A stretch of 58,156 nt of DNA, filler included, from Sphacelaria rigidula (taxonomy: Eukaryota), in the NCBI GenBank assembly GCA_964200075.2. It is 7 parts of 7 records of this genome, joined end to end, with 100 filler letters (N's around TTAATTAATTAA, not from the genome) between each part and the next. Parts side by side here need not be neighbours in the genome. Positions count along the whole stretch, not along the records: positions 16,648 to 24,870 come from CAXNAA020011864.1; positions 24,971 to 33,193 come from CAXNAA020011865.1; positions 33,294 to 41,514 come from CAXNAA020011866.1; 4 more parts are not named here. One strand, written 5' to 3'. The notes beneath the pieces are model-generated. The model saw nothing but the letters and a program-made list of their open reading frames with translations, did not search any database and was not told the origin of the DNA. Below, piece by piece: positions 24,626 to 37,345 of this stretch. Each line of letters opens with the position of its first letter. The first letter of the stretch is position 1. Both the position numbers and the translations under genes were made by a program.

Positions 24626-24870
24626 GCGCCCCTTCTTTTTTTGGGGGGGGGGGCGGGGTGATGTCGGCAGCGTCCCCCCAACAAACAAAAAGCGCAGGGA
24701 GATGACGGATAAAGACATCCCGCTTGGAGCACCAATAGCTCCGATATTTTCAACTGCCGACAGCGAGGAGAGTTCCGACGAGAAGGCTATGACATTTTCG
24801 TCAAGTGTTGGCGACGGCTGACCGGTTGGGGGTGTACTCATGATCATGCTTGCCATAGTCATAAGACCAT

Positions 24871-24970
24871 NNNNNNNNNNNNNNNNNNNNNNNNNNNNNN
24901 NNNNNNNNNNNNNNTTAATTAATTAANNNNNNNNNNNNNNNNNNNNNNNNNNNNNNNNNNNNNNNNNNNN
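24871..24970. other. Artificial contig linker
   Basis: N44-TTAATTAATTAA-N44. Confidence 0.99.
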
Positions 24971-25309
24971 CCGAGCCTGCGGATCGAAGCCGCAGACAGT
25001 AATGACGTCACAACCAAATATGCCAGGGGATGACGACACGCGTTATAAGGCAAAAAATGAGAGGAAGGGGAAGGGGAAGGGGAAGGGGGGGGGTGGTTCT
25101 CATGATCTTGCATGCCATATATGGTGTTCCGCGCACAATTCTGCGAATAAAACACTTCAAGTCTTCTCACCCATTTAATCTCGAAATTAACATCCAAGAC
25201 GCTTGCGATCACGGCTCGATTTCATTTACCTCATGCGAGGGAGACAAAAAAAAAAACGACAAGACAATCCATCCTCACAAAAAGAAAAAAAGTCGAGACG
25301 GACGCTTAC

Positions 25310-25458
25310 GTGAGCTTTCCCCAGGCGTAGTCCATGCCGTTTAGGTAATTGAGCAAGAACCACTCCGAGAAGTACTTGCCGGCGTACACGGGACCCGTGA
25401 AGGTCACGTACCAGTGCTCCTCGTCCCACACATGCGGCATATCCAGAAGCGTGCACGG
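25310..25458 (-). CDS. Exon 5: histidine acid phosphatase (AppA/Agp-like)
   Basis: aag|CCG...AC|gtaagc. Reads PCTLLDMPHVWDEEHWYVTFTGPVYAGKYFSEWFLLNYLNGMDYAWGKL, resembling the AppA E.FLL....GM....WG segment. The acceptor is uncertain. Confidence 0.8.
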
Positions 25459-26444
25459 CTTCGCGAGGATCATTTGCGACATCGTGCAAGGGGAGCCACG
25501 CGCGGAGCCCAACGCAGTGGGCAAGGACCAAGAGAGGGGCGGCGATTTATATTTGGCGGTTCGGGGTTGGTTCTTGTACACAATGAATATTTCGAGGAGC
25601 GTGCAAGTCGCAGGTCTGAATAAAAGTACGCCTGGACAACGTAGATGGAGCACAAATCATCAAGGAACAAGGGAGCCGGTCGGTGAACGGGTAAAAGTCC
25701 CCTGTCAAGTGTTTGCGTCGCATGTTCAGAGGGGGAGCAAGGTACACCACAAGCATCTCTGCATTTCTGTCCTCTGCTCCCCGCCTCCTCGCTCCCTGGT
25801 AAGATCGACGATGATAAGCTAGATGGTACAGGATTGTCGCGCTTGGGGTATCGTGAGTATTTCTGGGTGTCATGGGAGAAACAGGGGCTTAGAAAGCCAC
25901 AGATTGCTCCATCCTCCCCGCCCACGCCCCATTTGAGTGCAGGGGACGGGTGGCAAGGTGTTGGACGTGCCGAGCAGAAATCCCCATGCCTATCCCTATG
26001 GCTCCTTTGATTTTCCACAGCTACTGCTACTGCAGCGCTTGTACGTTATTTCAGGGGAAAATCGACGGGTGCATGTTGGTGCAAATAAAATCAGTCCGTT
26101 CAGAGATATGCATGCATACTTCAGCATCGAAGTGTAATAAGGTCGCAATAAAAAATCGTACCGCGAAGATTGAAGGGTTCCTGGTGTTCGAAAACATGGC
26201 TGAGGACGGCCATCGAATGCCGCACTACAGTTCGATTTTTGAAATCCTGATTTTTTCAAGTCTGCACCCTGTCGTGATGGTCACTGGATATGCCAATACT
26301 TCGTGTGCTGTTGCCGGGCGACTCATATATGTAGTTGCAATAACAGCGACCCCGCCCCCCTTCCCCCACCTGTGCTTCTTAGTCAAACGCGACAAGACGG
26401 AGCATCTCGTCCCGAACAACGGTCGCTCTCTCTTCTCCTCGCAC

Positions 26445-26624
26445 CTGATCTTCGGGGAGGTCGGCAGGGCACAAAGAGCGGTCGCAACAGCCCAGCACAT
26501 CGTTCAGTTTCTCCAGCTTACTACGAAGCAGACGGGTCCACTCATCCACACGTCCCACTACGCCCTCTACCTCCTCCTCGCTGCCGAGTCGGCACTCTCC
26601 GTTTTCGCCACGAGACTTGCTTCC
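26445..26624 (-). CDS. Exon 4: histidine acid phosphatase
   Basis: cag|GGA...CAG|gtgcga, phase 0/0. Reads GSKSRGENGECRLG...KLEKLNDVLGCCDRSLCPADLPEDQ. Confidence 0.85.
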
Positions 26625-26987
26625 CTGAGGAGCACCGTCACATGGAGCTGTTTTGAGGAAAAGATGCGTGAAAAAAAAACATGCCAAAGACGTGAAAATC
26701 TCCAAAGTATGCGCACGAGTGCGTGCCGTACCTCTGGGTGGCGTACTCTGGGTGCGCTGCTGCTGTTATGGGGTACGGTAAGCACGCACAGCGAGTAAAT
26801 GCAAGATGTTTTGAAAACACGCGCGCACAATATTGTCGACGAAAACGAAAATAGCAGGGGTGACAGGGTGTCTCTATCTACGGTTGGTGTGCACATGTGT
26901 ATGAGAGCGTACCTTTCCGTAAAAGGTAAAAAATATTCTTCCGACTTGAGCTGGGCTACATGGTCCTTCCCCTGTGAGCAAGCGCAC

Positions 26988-27131
26988 CTGATCAATGAGG
27001 TACTCTACTCCCTCAAAATGCGGCTCCGGGACGGGACACTCTGCTACCGCCGCTTCCCCACCGGCCCCCGCCCAGCCTTCGGTAAAGCCCTTGAAAAACG
27101 CCTCTGCGGTGAATTCATCTCGCGGCATATC
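26988..27131 (-). CDS. Exon 3: histidine acid phosphatase
   Basis: cag|GAT...CAG|gtgcgc, phase 0/0. Reads DMPRDEFTAEAFFKGF..., with the conserved R..TA..F..G. Confidence 0.88.
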
Positions 27132-27538
27132 CTGTCTCAGGTGCAGATGATGAACGCAAGTAGGAAAAATCACGTCAAAAAATTTGATGGGAATGCACCA
27201 GAGAGACAGAAACATAGAACCAGAGAGGTAAAACAAGTTACCTCGACGGGTTCAGACGTACAACGGTGCACCAGCCCGCACGGCAAAATACATCAGCGAC
27301 GACCTCAACAGTTGTGTCCGAGTGACTGAGGACCGCCGGTCGAACTGCATTCTTCGCGGTTGTTGGCAAGCGTCGGAGATGAAAAGTGCCCTCGAGGGAT
27401 GCCACGGTCGACTGGGCGGCAAACTACGACGCGCTCATCACGTTCCAGTGACAAGCGGGTCGCCATACATGTGTGCTGAGTACACCAAGATAAACAATCC
27501 GTCCACTCAACACGGCAGAACTGAAGAAACATCACTGA

Positions 27539-28005
27539 GGCCGCTCCTTGAAACAGATAAAAATAAATATCTGGAAAAGTGCCTTTTTGGAGCTTTCACG
27601 TCGTTTTACGCCCTAGAAGAGAACTAGGCGGAGTTGGACACCTTGGAATTACTTGCTCTACTCGTTGAAGCGGTTCCGGGACATCTTCCCGTTTTCCGGT
27701 GGCCGCAGTTTTGATCTTAGGCGAACAACAATTTTTGTCCAAGAATAGTCAAGTCCAGAGAAAAGTGGCGATTTTTTTTAGGTGTGACTGTTTTTGACCG
27801 TTCTTCGACGAAAATTCTGGTTTGGCCTGAAGAAAAACTACGGCCACCGGAGTACGGGAAGATGTCCTGAAACCGCCTCAACGAGTAGAGCAAGTCATTC
27901 CAAGGTACCAAACTCCGTCTAGCTCTCTATCGGGGCGTAAAACGACGTAGAAGCCCCAAAAATACACTTTTCCAGATTTTATTTTTGTTGTTATAAGGAG
28001 CGGCC
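27539..28005. mobile_element. Foldback MITE with ~200-bp arms and 3-bp TSD (PIF/Harbinger-like)
   Basis: TGA-ggccgctcctt...aaggagcggcc-TGA; the arms pair over most of the length. Confidence 0.8.
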
Positions 28006-28155
28006 TGAGGCGCCAATATTAATCTTGTTACGTAAAAGTAGCGGTGTTTTGACTTCAGCACAGCGGTGTTCCTGAGCTCCTATTTACACACGGAAAGTTG
28101 TTAATCTCAGGCTCGTGCTTGAGCGAATTTCCCTCCCCCTTTTCATGGAAAATAC

Positions 28156-29916
28156 CGGGGCTCTTCACATCGCACGTCACACTTTCGTTACACGTCGCAA
28201 ACGTCACGTCATAACGGTGTGACGTGACGTGACGTGACGTGACGTATTTTTTCTTAGACGTCACAAATGTGACGTGACGTATCATTATTGAGATGTCACA
28301 TCAACGTATTTTGAAACGTTTTCTTGCGACGTGTGACGTATTTTATACGTTACATGTTTGTGACGTCTAAATGAACGTCACAAACGTCACACGCTTAACT
28401 TGTACCACAATTAGTGTGAGATCGGTGGGCACATCCATAGACATACAGAAATATATTATATGATATGATACATGGGTTAAAGAAGAGTGTGCATACGTCA
28501 TCATCATACGCACGCGATGTTAGCGCAGATTTAGAGCCAGAGCATGCACCGCCGCACCATACCTAACCGTAAAACACGTGAAAATCTGCAAACGTAAAAG
28601 CGAATTCGAAAATACGACACTACGAGTTTCGAATTCCCGAATTTCAAATTTCCAAGTTAAATAGTACAGACGGGGTGGGAGCAACGTGTAAACTAGCAAG
28701 TAACAAGCGACGAGATACGGTAACGATGAGCACGGCGCAGGGTTCCCCTCAAGAGTACGGGACAACAGAGAGAGAGGATGCTGCAGGAGAGGATAGTGCA
28801 GCAGAGGGGGCTGCTTGACCAGAGGGGGCCGCAGCAGCAGGTGGGGGCGCAGTCTCTGGCCGCTCTGCGTCGTCACATGCCGCGCCTGCACGTGGCCGCT
28901 CCGAGTCCTCGCCTACATCCTCAGCATCTGGGCGCTCGAGGTCTTCCCGTAACGTTACACATCATACGTTTGTTACACGTCCCAAACGTCACGTCACAAC
29001 GGTATAACGTACCGTGACGTATCTTCACTTATTGGCGTCAATAGTATCAAAATAATAAATACAAAGGAATAAGAATCGTTGTGACTTTCAAGAGGTGCGG
29101 TTGGGAACACGAGCTTATGAACTCGTTGTCAAATTGGGTGGCTCTACTGCTGTTCTGTAGGTTTGTTGTTGATTTATTTGGTTTCGCCTTGATTTCTTTA
29201 GTTTTCTTCTGTTGGTGTTGTTTTGTTTTCCCGTTCTTCTGCCATGTTTCTCCATTCAAGCTCTTTTTTGTGTGAGTTTTTGTCTCTCTTCTTGGCACAA
29301 TGAGCCATCATGTGTTTTTACCTTAATGACGTCCGCGCTGCGGACGCGGCAGGATTCGTAGCGGATCATCAGTCCATGTGTAGTATGATAGTACCAGAAT
29401 AGATCTGCATACATGCCCTGCTGGATGAGCAATTAATTAAAACACTACATAATCAGATTGCTACGTTTTGACGCTTTGACGCCCTACGAAATGCCAACCG
29501 ACTACCAGGTATCACCGACGTATGATCTGTACATACTTGCGTTCGTATGTGTAATGGGGCCTGCGCGCATCTTAGTATATCACTGTTTATTATTGTGTTA
29601 TCAAGAATATATCCATGGATTTCTATGGATTTGCAACATGAGAGTCAGGGATGCATGAACGACAAATTTACTGAGAAGCATCGTTACAATGTCAGAATAC
29701 CGATCAGAACGCGCCTCATGCTCGATCAAGGCAGCCACCGTGAACCTCTCGTCCCAAGTTACGTTACATGAAACGTTACAAAGTCGTACGTAGCGTTCAT
29801 TTGCCCCCAACACGGTTAAAGTGTAACGTTACAAATGATGTCACACGTCACAAACGTGACGTTTTTACGTCACGTCACCGTGACGTGACATGTTACGTGT
29901 GACGTAAAGAGCCCTG
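28156..29916. mobile_element. Non-autonomous hAT-like element with (GTGAC)n subterminal repeats
   Basis: TIRs cggggctcttcacatcgcacgt and acgtgtgacgtaaagagccctg. Flanks gaaaatac and gaaaatat give a 7/8 match 8-bp TSD. Confidence 0.85.
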
Positions 29917-30198
29917 GAAAATATGACGTTAATCGACTCCCGACAGTAGCCAAACATGGCACGACTGCCAAGGGCAAGATTTGATTTGATTGACTGATTG
30001 TCGCACTTTAACTGACCACCCATGGGTCCAGCCGTGGTCGCATGATAGACGTACCCGAGAAAAAAACAAAACTGAAAGACTTGCTGAAGAAAAAGAAAGA
30101 ACAGAAGCAAGTCGAAGAGAACGACATAATAGTGACTATTAATATTCGTCAAATGACAGTGGGCATTCACTATTTGTCAGCCTAAATATCTGCCTCAC

Positions 30199-30345
30199 CT
30201 CTTCACAGTAGACAAACATCTCGGCACAATCCTCAAGCTTCAGGCCATTTTTGGCATATCTCTGTCCCTGGAACTTGCCCAGCAAGTGCGCGGCATCGTA
30301 GCCGTGCCTGGTCAGGACGCCCATGGACCCATCCACACCCCAATC
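30199..30345 (-). CDS. Exon 2: histidine acid phosphatase
   Basis: cag|GAT...GAG|gtgagg, phase 0/0. Reads DWGVDGSMGVLTRHGYDAAHLLGKFQGQRY (W...G.LT..G motif). Confidence 0.9.
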
Positions 30346-30586
30346 CTGACAAGTGTTCATGAAAAACACGAAGCGTCCATTGATAGTACGGCAGTCACGC
30401 AGAACGCATTCGTTGGCATTGGGGGAGTATATGAGAGTCGGGAAGGAAGAAAGCACGAAAATTAAACAAAAGACAGTCGTACCAGGACATCTTGTCTTGG
30501 GGTGCATAACAAGAGCGGACCCTGAAACAATAGGAACGACATATTTCTATGATAATGAACTCAACTCGCAACTGAAAATAATACTG

Positions 30587-31200
30587 CAAAGGTGCTCCCC
30601 GTATCCCGTACGGCGCCAGTATCCAGTACAGTATCACCCGTAGCCGTCTGCTGGGCACGGCCAGTATCCACTCGTACGAGGCAGCAAAACTACCGAGTAT
30701 CGTCAGTATCCGCCAGTATCCGGCCGCAAAACACCCAGTACCGCCAGCATCGTCCAGTATAAGGTGGCGGATTACCCACTATCCCCACTATCCGCCAGTA
30801 TAAGGTGGCGACATACCCAGTATCGTCAGTATCCGTCAGTATGAGGCGGCGAAATACCCAGTATTACGAGTATCCGCCAGTACCAGGCGGCAAAATACCC
30901 AGTATCGCCGCGAATTACCCAGTATTACCAGTATCCGCCAGTATCCGGCCACAAAATACCTAGTATCGCCAGTATCGTCCAGTACAAGGAGGCGAATTAC
31001 CCAGTATCCGCAGTATCGTCCAGTATGAGGTGATTAATTACCCAGTATCGCCAGTATCGGCCAGCACGAGGCGGCAAAATACCCAATATCACCAGTATCC
31101 ACCAGTATGAGATGGGGAATTACGGGGGGTGAACGGATACGGGCCAGTACAGAAATCCATACGAGCCATACCGGTACGAGCCATACGGGGAGCATCTTTG
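30587..31200. mobile_element. TIR element filled with a CCAGTAT(C) minisatellite
   Basis: TIRs caaaggtgctccccgtat and atacggggagcatctttg (17/18 match), with dozens of cagtat motifs inside. No clear TSD. Confidence 0.7.
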
Positions 31201-32220
31201 TATATTAATATTGCAACTACAAGGGGTTCAAAGGTACGTTTGACTGGTGCCAGACACAATACTGTATACAACTGCGATCCAAGCTCGCTCCCACGGATAA
31301 AATTTCGATCCTGTTTTTTGTTTTTTAGGATCCCCCGTCACATTTTACATTTTGCTCGTGTTCATGCGGGAGGATTCGAGGAAACTTGGCAGTGCAGTGG
31401 ACGCCGCGTCCCGGCTGTCAAACTGGTACATTGTTGGGCAGTTGGGGCGGACTAGTGGGATTCGAAACCTGGCCAAAATTGCCTTTTTCAGTCGATTTCG
31501 TCTTGAAAAGACCAAGAACGCAGGCTAAGGCAAAAAGTCTCGCGCAATGATGGGCTGCGGGAGTGCTGATGGTCATGGTCAACTGAAATAAAAATGAGGT
31601 GCAGGGGTGTACCGGCGGAGAAATGGACGGGTCTTCCGACACTACTACAACAACAGTACAGGCTCGTCCCGAGGGAGAGAAGGCTGGAAGTTTCGAAGAT
31701 ACAGTGAGAGAGGGGGAGACTGAGCAGTTTACTGGGCTCCTTGACTGATGCAGTAGTAGTTGGGACGCTGCATCATTTTTTATCTGCGGTGGTTCACCAG
31801 TCAGCAGGGACCATACCCCCGAATCTCGCGAGAAGCGTTTCGACCCTACCTACTCGCGAAATGGAATGTAGCGTCGTGAAACCAGCATCCTCTGTACATA
31901 TATGCAGTAATATGGAGCAAGGGTTCTTGTTAAGTGGTTCTAAGTAAGCCTGTGATGGTGAAAAGCACGAGTACTGACTCGCGATACTACCTCGCAACGG
32001 ACAGGACATGGTCTGTTTGCAGCACCGAAGTGCAGAGCAACAGCAATATACTGATCGCAGTACTGTACCGTACTCGTATCAGACAGCTATCCGTTGTACA
32101 GGAACATTGGAACTGGAACATTTCAACCTCCTACACTTTTTGAAAACAACCGCTGCTCAGGCACAACGAAAAGCTCCCTTCTACGCCAACGAGAAACATT
32201 CCTGAGGCAAAAACACTGAC

Positions 32221-32436
32221 CGCATCTTCAGTCTCAAACTTCTTCCCCGGTGCATATTTCTCGAAGTCGTGCGTAGAGCTAGGAAACTGGCGCCGCACTC
32301 CGTGTCGGGACACCACCACGAGTCCATCCGGCCTCTGTGCAGCGTCTACTAGCAGAGCGGCCAATACAGAACAAACCAAGCCAAGCGTCCTGCCGCTATT
32401 TCTGCGAGGCGAGCTGGGAGCATTGACTAGAGTCAT
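32221..32436 (-). CDS. Exon 1: histidine acid phosphatase/phytase-like protein with probable signal peptide (start uncertain)
   Basis: MTLVNAP...LGLVCSVLAALLVDAAQRPDGLVVVSRHGVRRQFP...ETEDA|gtcagt; contains the RHGxR catalytic motif. Confidence 0.88.
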
Positions 32437-33193
32437 TGCGCAGATGAAAAATGTCGCCACAGCGAATGTGGCGATGAAAGTAGTCGGTTGTGACCTGTAG
32501 TGTTCTATGTGTTCATTGGAGCCTGTCCTACGTGGGCCTTCGTCGTTCCCTCGGATCATTGCAGTATGACATACAGATATTGGGATCGATGAAGAATTAT
32601 GATTATTTTTATGCGATTTGGCCCTCAAGACAGAGGCGGATCCTCAGAGACGGTAGCACGGTTGTAATCTACCCTACGAAGCCATGGGAAATAGGGATGG
32701 AAATGCGGAGATCCGAGAGGAACAGGTGGAGAATTGATGTGAGCTTGATGTGATTTGATAGGCGGAAAAGAGCGAGAGCAGGTGCCTTGTAGAATCAAGA
32801 ACAACACTTGCCGCTTCGTACGACTGGTATTTCAGGAAACACTTCACATACTGTACAGCCAGTCCAACAGGTCTATTACAGGGTACGACAGTTGTGTCTG
32901 CAATTGACGACGGTATATCACCTCTGGGCAATCACTTCTTCAACCTCGATTCTATCACGTGCTTCGGCAGTTTGACTCACAAATATCATATCATTGTCAA
33001 GATTTAATCGAGATTTCCGGTCAAGGAGATTTTCTTGGCAGTGTGACATCTTGGTTTATAGAGAAATCGAGGTTGCACGGCGTATTGTTGGGGGTGGTAT
33101 ACTCCATCTGCGGTATGAATGATTCAAGGGTCGGAGAAATAATGATTCGTCTGGAAATTACTTGGTTTTAGAATCATGAGTCGACTCGTGATG

Positions 33194-33293
33194 NNNNNNN
33201 NNNNNNNNNNNNNNNNNNNNNNNNNNNNNNNNNNNNNTTAATTAATTAANNNNNNNNNNNNNNNNNNNNNNNNNNNNNNNNNNNNNNNNNNNN
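33194..33293. other. Artificial contig linker
   Basis: N44-TTAATTAATTAA-N44. Confidence 0.99.
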
Positions 33294-34858
33294 GGAGTGC
33301 CGTTGATAAGATGAAACACCAAAAACTCTGAAACAACGTATCATTTTGCCTACACGTCCACACACAAAAAAAATATATATATTGAAAAACTGGTGAAACA
33401 CTTGGCACGGCCGGGTTTATTATATGGTAAAAATTGATGGGAAATGAAGAGAAATGAAGCGAAAACGCCCCAATTTTAGAGCGCTGATTGAGAGTGGCTT
33501 CGATCATTTGCGTTAACTTGGGCAATTCCCCATCTCGTGTGTGCTTTTCTTCGCTTTCATTCCTGGCGTGTGCTTACAGCTACGTGTCGATATCCAACTC
33601 AGGGATATCAAGGGCCTCCGTGGCGAGCTTTCGGAACTGAAACGATTAATTCACTAATTCACCGCTCTTCACTCTCAATCGGATCCTCTACTCTCAATCT
33701 CACGAAAACTTTGTGTATTGCGTCCACGAGCTGGGCCAGCTGGCAGTGATTCATGAATGAATCCTGGCGATGCGATTGGTGATTCGACGAGTTAGACGCT
33801 GAAATTTTGACACGACATTTTCGATCATCAACCCGCGCAACATCACTGGGGGCACAGAGGTAAAAAAAAAGAAAACAGGAAGTTAGAGCGAGTTGAAAGT
33901 TTCAGCAGAAACAAGAAAAATGCTATAACCCCGTGAAAAATTGATAAATATGGCTGCACCCCAAACGACGTTGCGGGCACTCGCGTCCGAGAGATCCTCG
34001 TCAAGTTTCGGCCAAAAATGCCTCAAATTTGGCGCCGCATCGTACTTTTCGTGTGACACGGCTGCGCCCGTATCAACCAAGTGATACAGGAGACTCCAGT
34101 CATGGAGGTCATGAGTTCGAATCACGACATGTTCTCTTTTTTTGTTTGTTTGCCTTCTTGTTGTTGTTGTTGTCTTCACATTAAAAAGCCGTTCCGATAT
34201 CTGCGCGGTACATTGGTACTGGGCATCTTATGCGGACGCCGACGCCTTCCGTGATCACAGGCTAGCAGAAGAAACCAAAATAAAATAAAATAGATCCAGA
34301 GTGAAAAATTGCCTTAGGTCATATATTATGCAGTACATTATTTCTTCAGTTTCATTCTTCATTCAGCGGCGGTGCCGTGTCATGAGATTGGTCTGCAGTT
34401 CACAGCGATATGCTCAAGCCGCGCTGGTTTGGGAAACTTGAGAAGTTGTGGTGTGGAGAGCGAATGCGAGATTTACTGCTGGCCCAGCTCGTATTGCAAT
34501 AGACAAAAGATACCATACTGTACGCAGTGCACTTTTTGACAGTCTAATAATCTTCTTTCCAGGGTGTGGTGGTTCCAGAAGCCATGTGTTAGTATGTACT
34601 GTGAAGAGGTCAGATAGCTGGTTTTGGAAACCAGGCCTGGACACCCCACATGTACATTTTGTTTCGATTCCCATGACAATTTTCTGGAGCGGGGGGGGGC
34701 GGGGGGGAGGGGGGTCATCGCGGCATCACTCATCTGTAGATCCTTCAAACGTCTCTACATAACTTCATGATAATTTCTACTTCAGGAACAGTCCCGAAGT
34801 GAAAACAGAAGAAAAAAAAGCAAAAAAAACGTTCGCGGTTGAAGGATTAATTAATTAA

Positions 34859-35320
34859 CCCGCGACGAGCCCCAAAACCTCCAATTAAACATTTACATTT
34901 TTCTGTTCCGAAAAGCGGAATCAAGTAAGAGGAACGGTACCTCAAGCAGACGCACACAACAAGAAAAACTATTATAGCACACGCGTCGGACAGCTCATGA
35001 GCCACCTAAAATATTAAATCGAAGAGGAGGTCTCCAGATATACCTCGTCCAAAAACACGAGACACGTGACAGCAGGGCCAGAGAAGTCAAAGCGCTACCT
35101 TTGCGCTCCTCCGTGTGGTCGGCGTCCAGCGCGCTGTAGGGTGTAAATATGGAATAAGGGACCAAATGAGCTAGCTCATGATCCGGATCAGTACAATGAT
35201 AAGAGGTGATATTCAGGTAGCTAATCACGGGCTGTCCGAGCGTGTGAAAAGCTAGGGACACTTCCTACGATAGCAACCCCAAAAAAGTGCATGATTTTGC
35301 GAGGCGAAATCTTCCCGTAA
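34859..35320 (-). mobile_element. Possible piggyBac relic: one terminus plus transposase scraps
   Basis: TTAA|CCC terminus at 34855-34861. Minus-strand fragments KISPRKIMHFFGV and LVFLDE/WRPP...LGG recall the DESMxxWRP...GGLP motif. The second terminus was not found. Confidence 0.4.
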
Positions 35321-36706
35321 ATCGAAATGGGAAAAGCCGAGCACGACGAGCAGCTGGGAATCTCCACGCTTGAGTTCGTTCTAGCCAATATCGCCAATAT
35401 GAGGCGCTTCATGCACAGCCTGAACCCAAACATCAGGCGCTGTAAGGCCATTTTTTCCGTGACACTTTCGGGCTGTTTGTTTTTGGGAGGGGCTATCGTA
35501 GAAAGTGTCTAGGGCCGAAACTCATGACAGTATGGCGGCGCGTGAACTAGGCCAAGTTGACTGGGGGTTTTAGTAGGTTCAACTCCCACACTGCCCTGAG
35601 CAAAGCTTTCCGGATGCTCTAAACGCTTACCCCATGTGACCGCAACATGGTGGTTTAGCCGAGCCTCCGGGTACTCAGCACACGTACCCCCTTCGAGGGG
35701 TAAGTGACGGGTGAGGTGTCCTCCTCCCTTCAAGGGGGAAGAAAAAAGAAAAAGAAAAGCAACACATACGTGCCACCAGTGCAACAAATTATTTATGGAA
35801 CCATTGCAAGTTATTTTTTTCAAATGTTAACATATATATATATATATATATCAGAGATTTTTAGAAAAAACCATCCATTTATCTCCGTCAAATATTTCGA
35901 AACTACATTAGTCAGCATCAGAAGTTTTCAGAATTCGTAGTTGTCCATTTTTCTGAGTTTTTCTGGAGTACCGTTCTTCAACAGTACTTGAAAATGCTAG
36001 CGCCGGTAGATTTAGGGAGAAAGGGTAGGCCGCGCTCAAACTGCAGTGTTCACGTTGGTGTTTTTGGGGCGATACGGACTTGATACCCCGTTTATCCGGA
36101 GGGTGTTATTGACCGTTTTTGGTCCAATATCAGCAGTTTTCCCGCTCTTCAACGACAAAACGGTAAATATTCAGATAAATTCATACGTATAAAATTCGTC
36201 ACAATAACGATCGAGATCGTGCTTCCCTCCTATACTGCACAGACCTCAGTCTAGCATTTTCTCCGGATGGCCTATTTTCGGATTTTTTTCGCATAACATT
36301 TTCGATGAGCACTCGAAAGGGCTAGCGTCGATAGTTATGGCAAAAAAGGCAAACTGTGCTCAAATCACAATCGCCCAAGTTGGTGTTGTGGGGGCAACAC
36401 CGTGTAAAGACCCCGTTTATCAGGAGGGTGTTATTGACCGTATATGGTCAAAGAAACATAGGTATCCTGGTTTAGCGCAGTGACTAGGTGGAAATAAAAA
36501 AAAAACATTTTTGAGTCTTTGTTTATATGATCCCGATCGAGTCGGTCCACCGAAAATACCGAAAAGCTAGAGCCTGGGGTCGTATTTTCGCAGGACCCCC
36601 GAAGATAGGTAAAGCCCGTAAGTAACTCATTATTGATCGCAGATTAAAAAAAATCAATATTTGACAAGAGGTATAAAATATCGCGGGATGCCCATTTTTT
36701 GGAATC

Positions 36707-36787
36707 CAACAGTCACTATGATGAATGGTGGCACAACAGTCACTATGATGAATGGTGGCACAACAGTCACTATGATGAATGGTGGCA
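36707..36787. repeat. Perfect 27-bp x 3 tandem repeat
   Basis: (caacagtcactatgatgaatggtggca)3. Confidence 0.97.
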
Positions 36788-37345
36788 TGCAAAACAAATT
36801 TGGACAGTCTTTGTGAAACTAAGAAATTACGGATTCTGCAAACTTCTGATGCTGACTACTTTACTCCCAAGTACTTTTGAGATTATTTGGAAACAGATTC
36901 CTGAACCATTGCTTGAAACATTTTTTACCGAGTACTGTATTTGACATATTATTCTGTTTTCTCACCTTTTTCCACCACAATCGGAAGGCTTCGTAGTGAA
37001 TCAATATCTGCACCCAGACCGTGTACAGGGGATACACAAGCATGTGCCAGCATAGCGCCGCCGCGGTGAATTCTCGCCTGGCGAACAAAAATCGATTGAC
37101 AAAATAAAATAAAACGAGTGAACGGAAAAGAATATACTATAAACAAAACAATAGGAAAGGCAAACATGAAGATATACACTTGACGTGAATAAATACAAAT
37201 ATATTGAATACAGCAGGAGATACTGTAATATTGTTCGGCCCGAAGTCTACTGATTATCTTGCACTTGGATGACAACCTACAATGCGTTCCTTCATTTTCT
37301 GGTATCGCCACTTCCTGAGACAGCCACGACTTACTGTATACACTG

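Noticed and set aside
25950..27329. 282-aa and 176-aa plus-strand ORFs
   Set aside because: They are antisense shadows of the phosphatase exons.
30600..31110. CRISPR-like array
   Set aside because: It is a short-period degenerate minisatellite with no constant repeat/unique spacer pattern and no cas genes.
36707..36787. Mini-CRISPR or coding repeat (HNSHYDEWW)
   Set aside because: The 27-bp copies are head-to-tail without spacers, and I see no exon signals.
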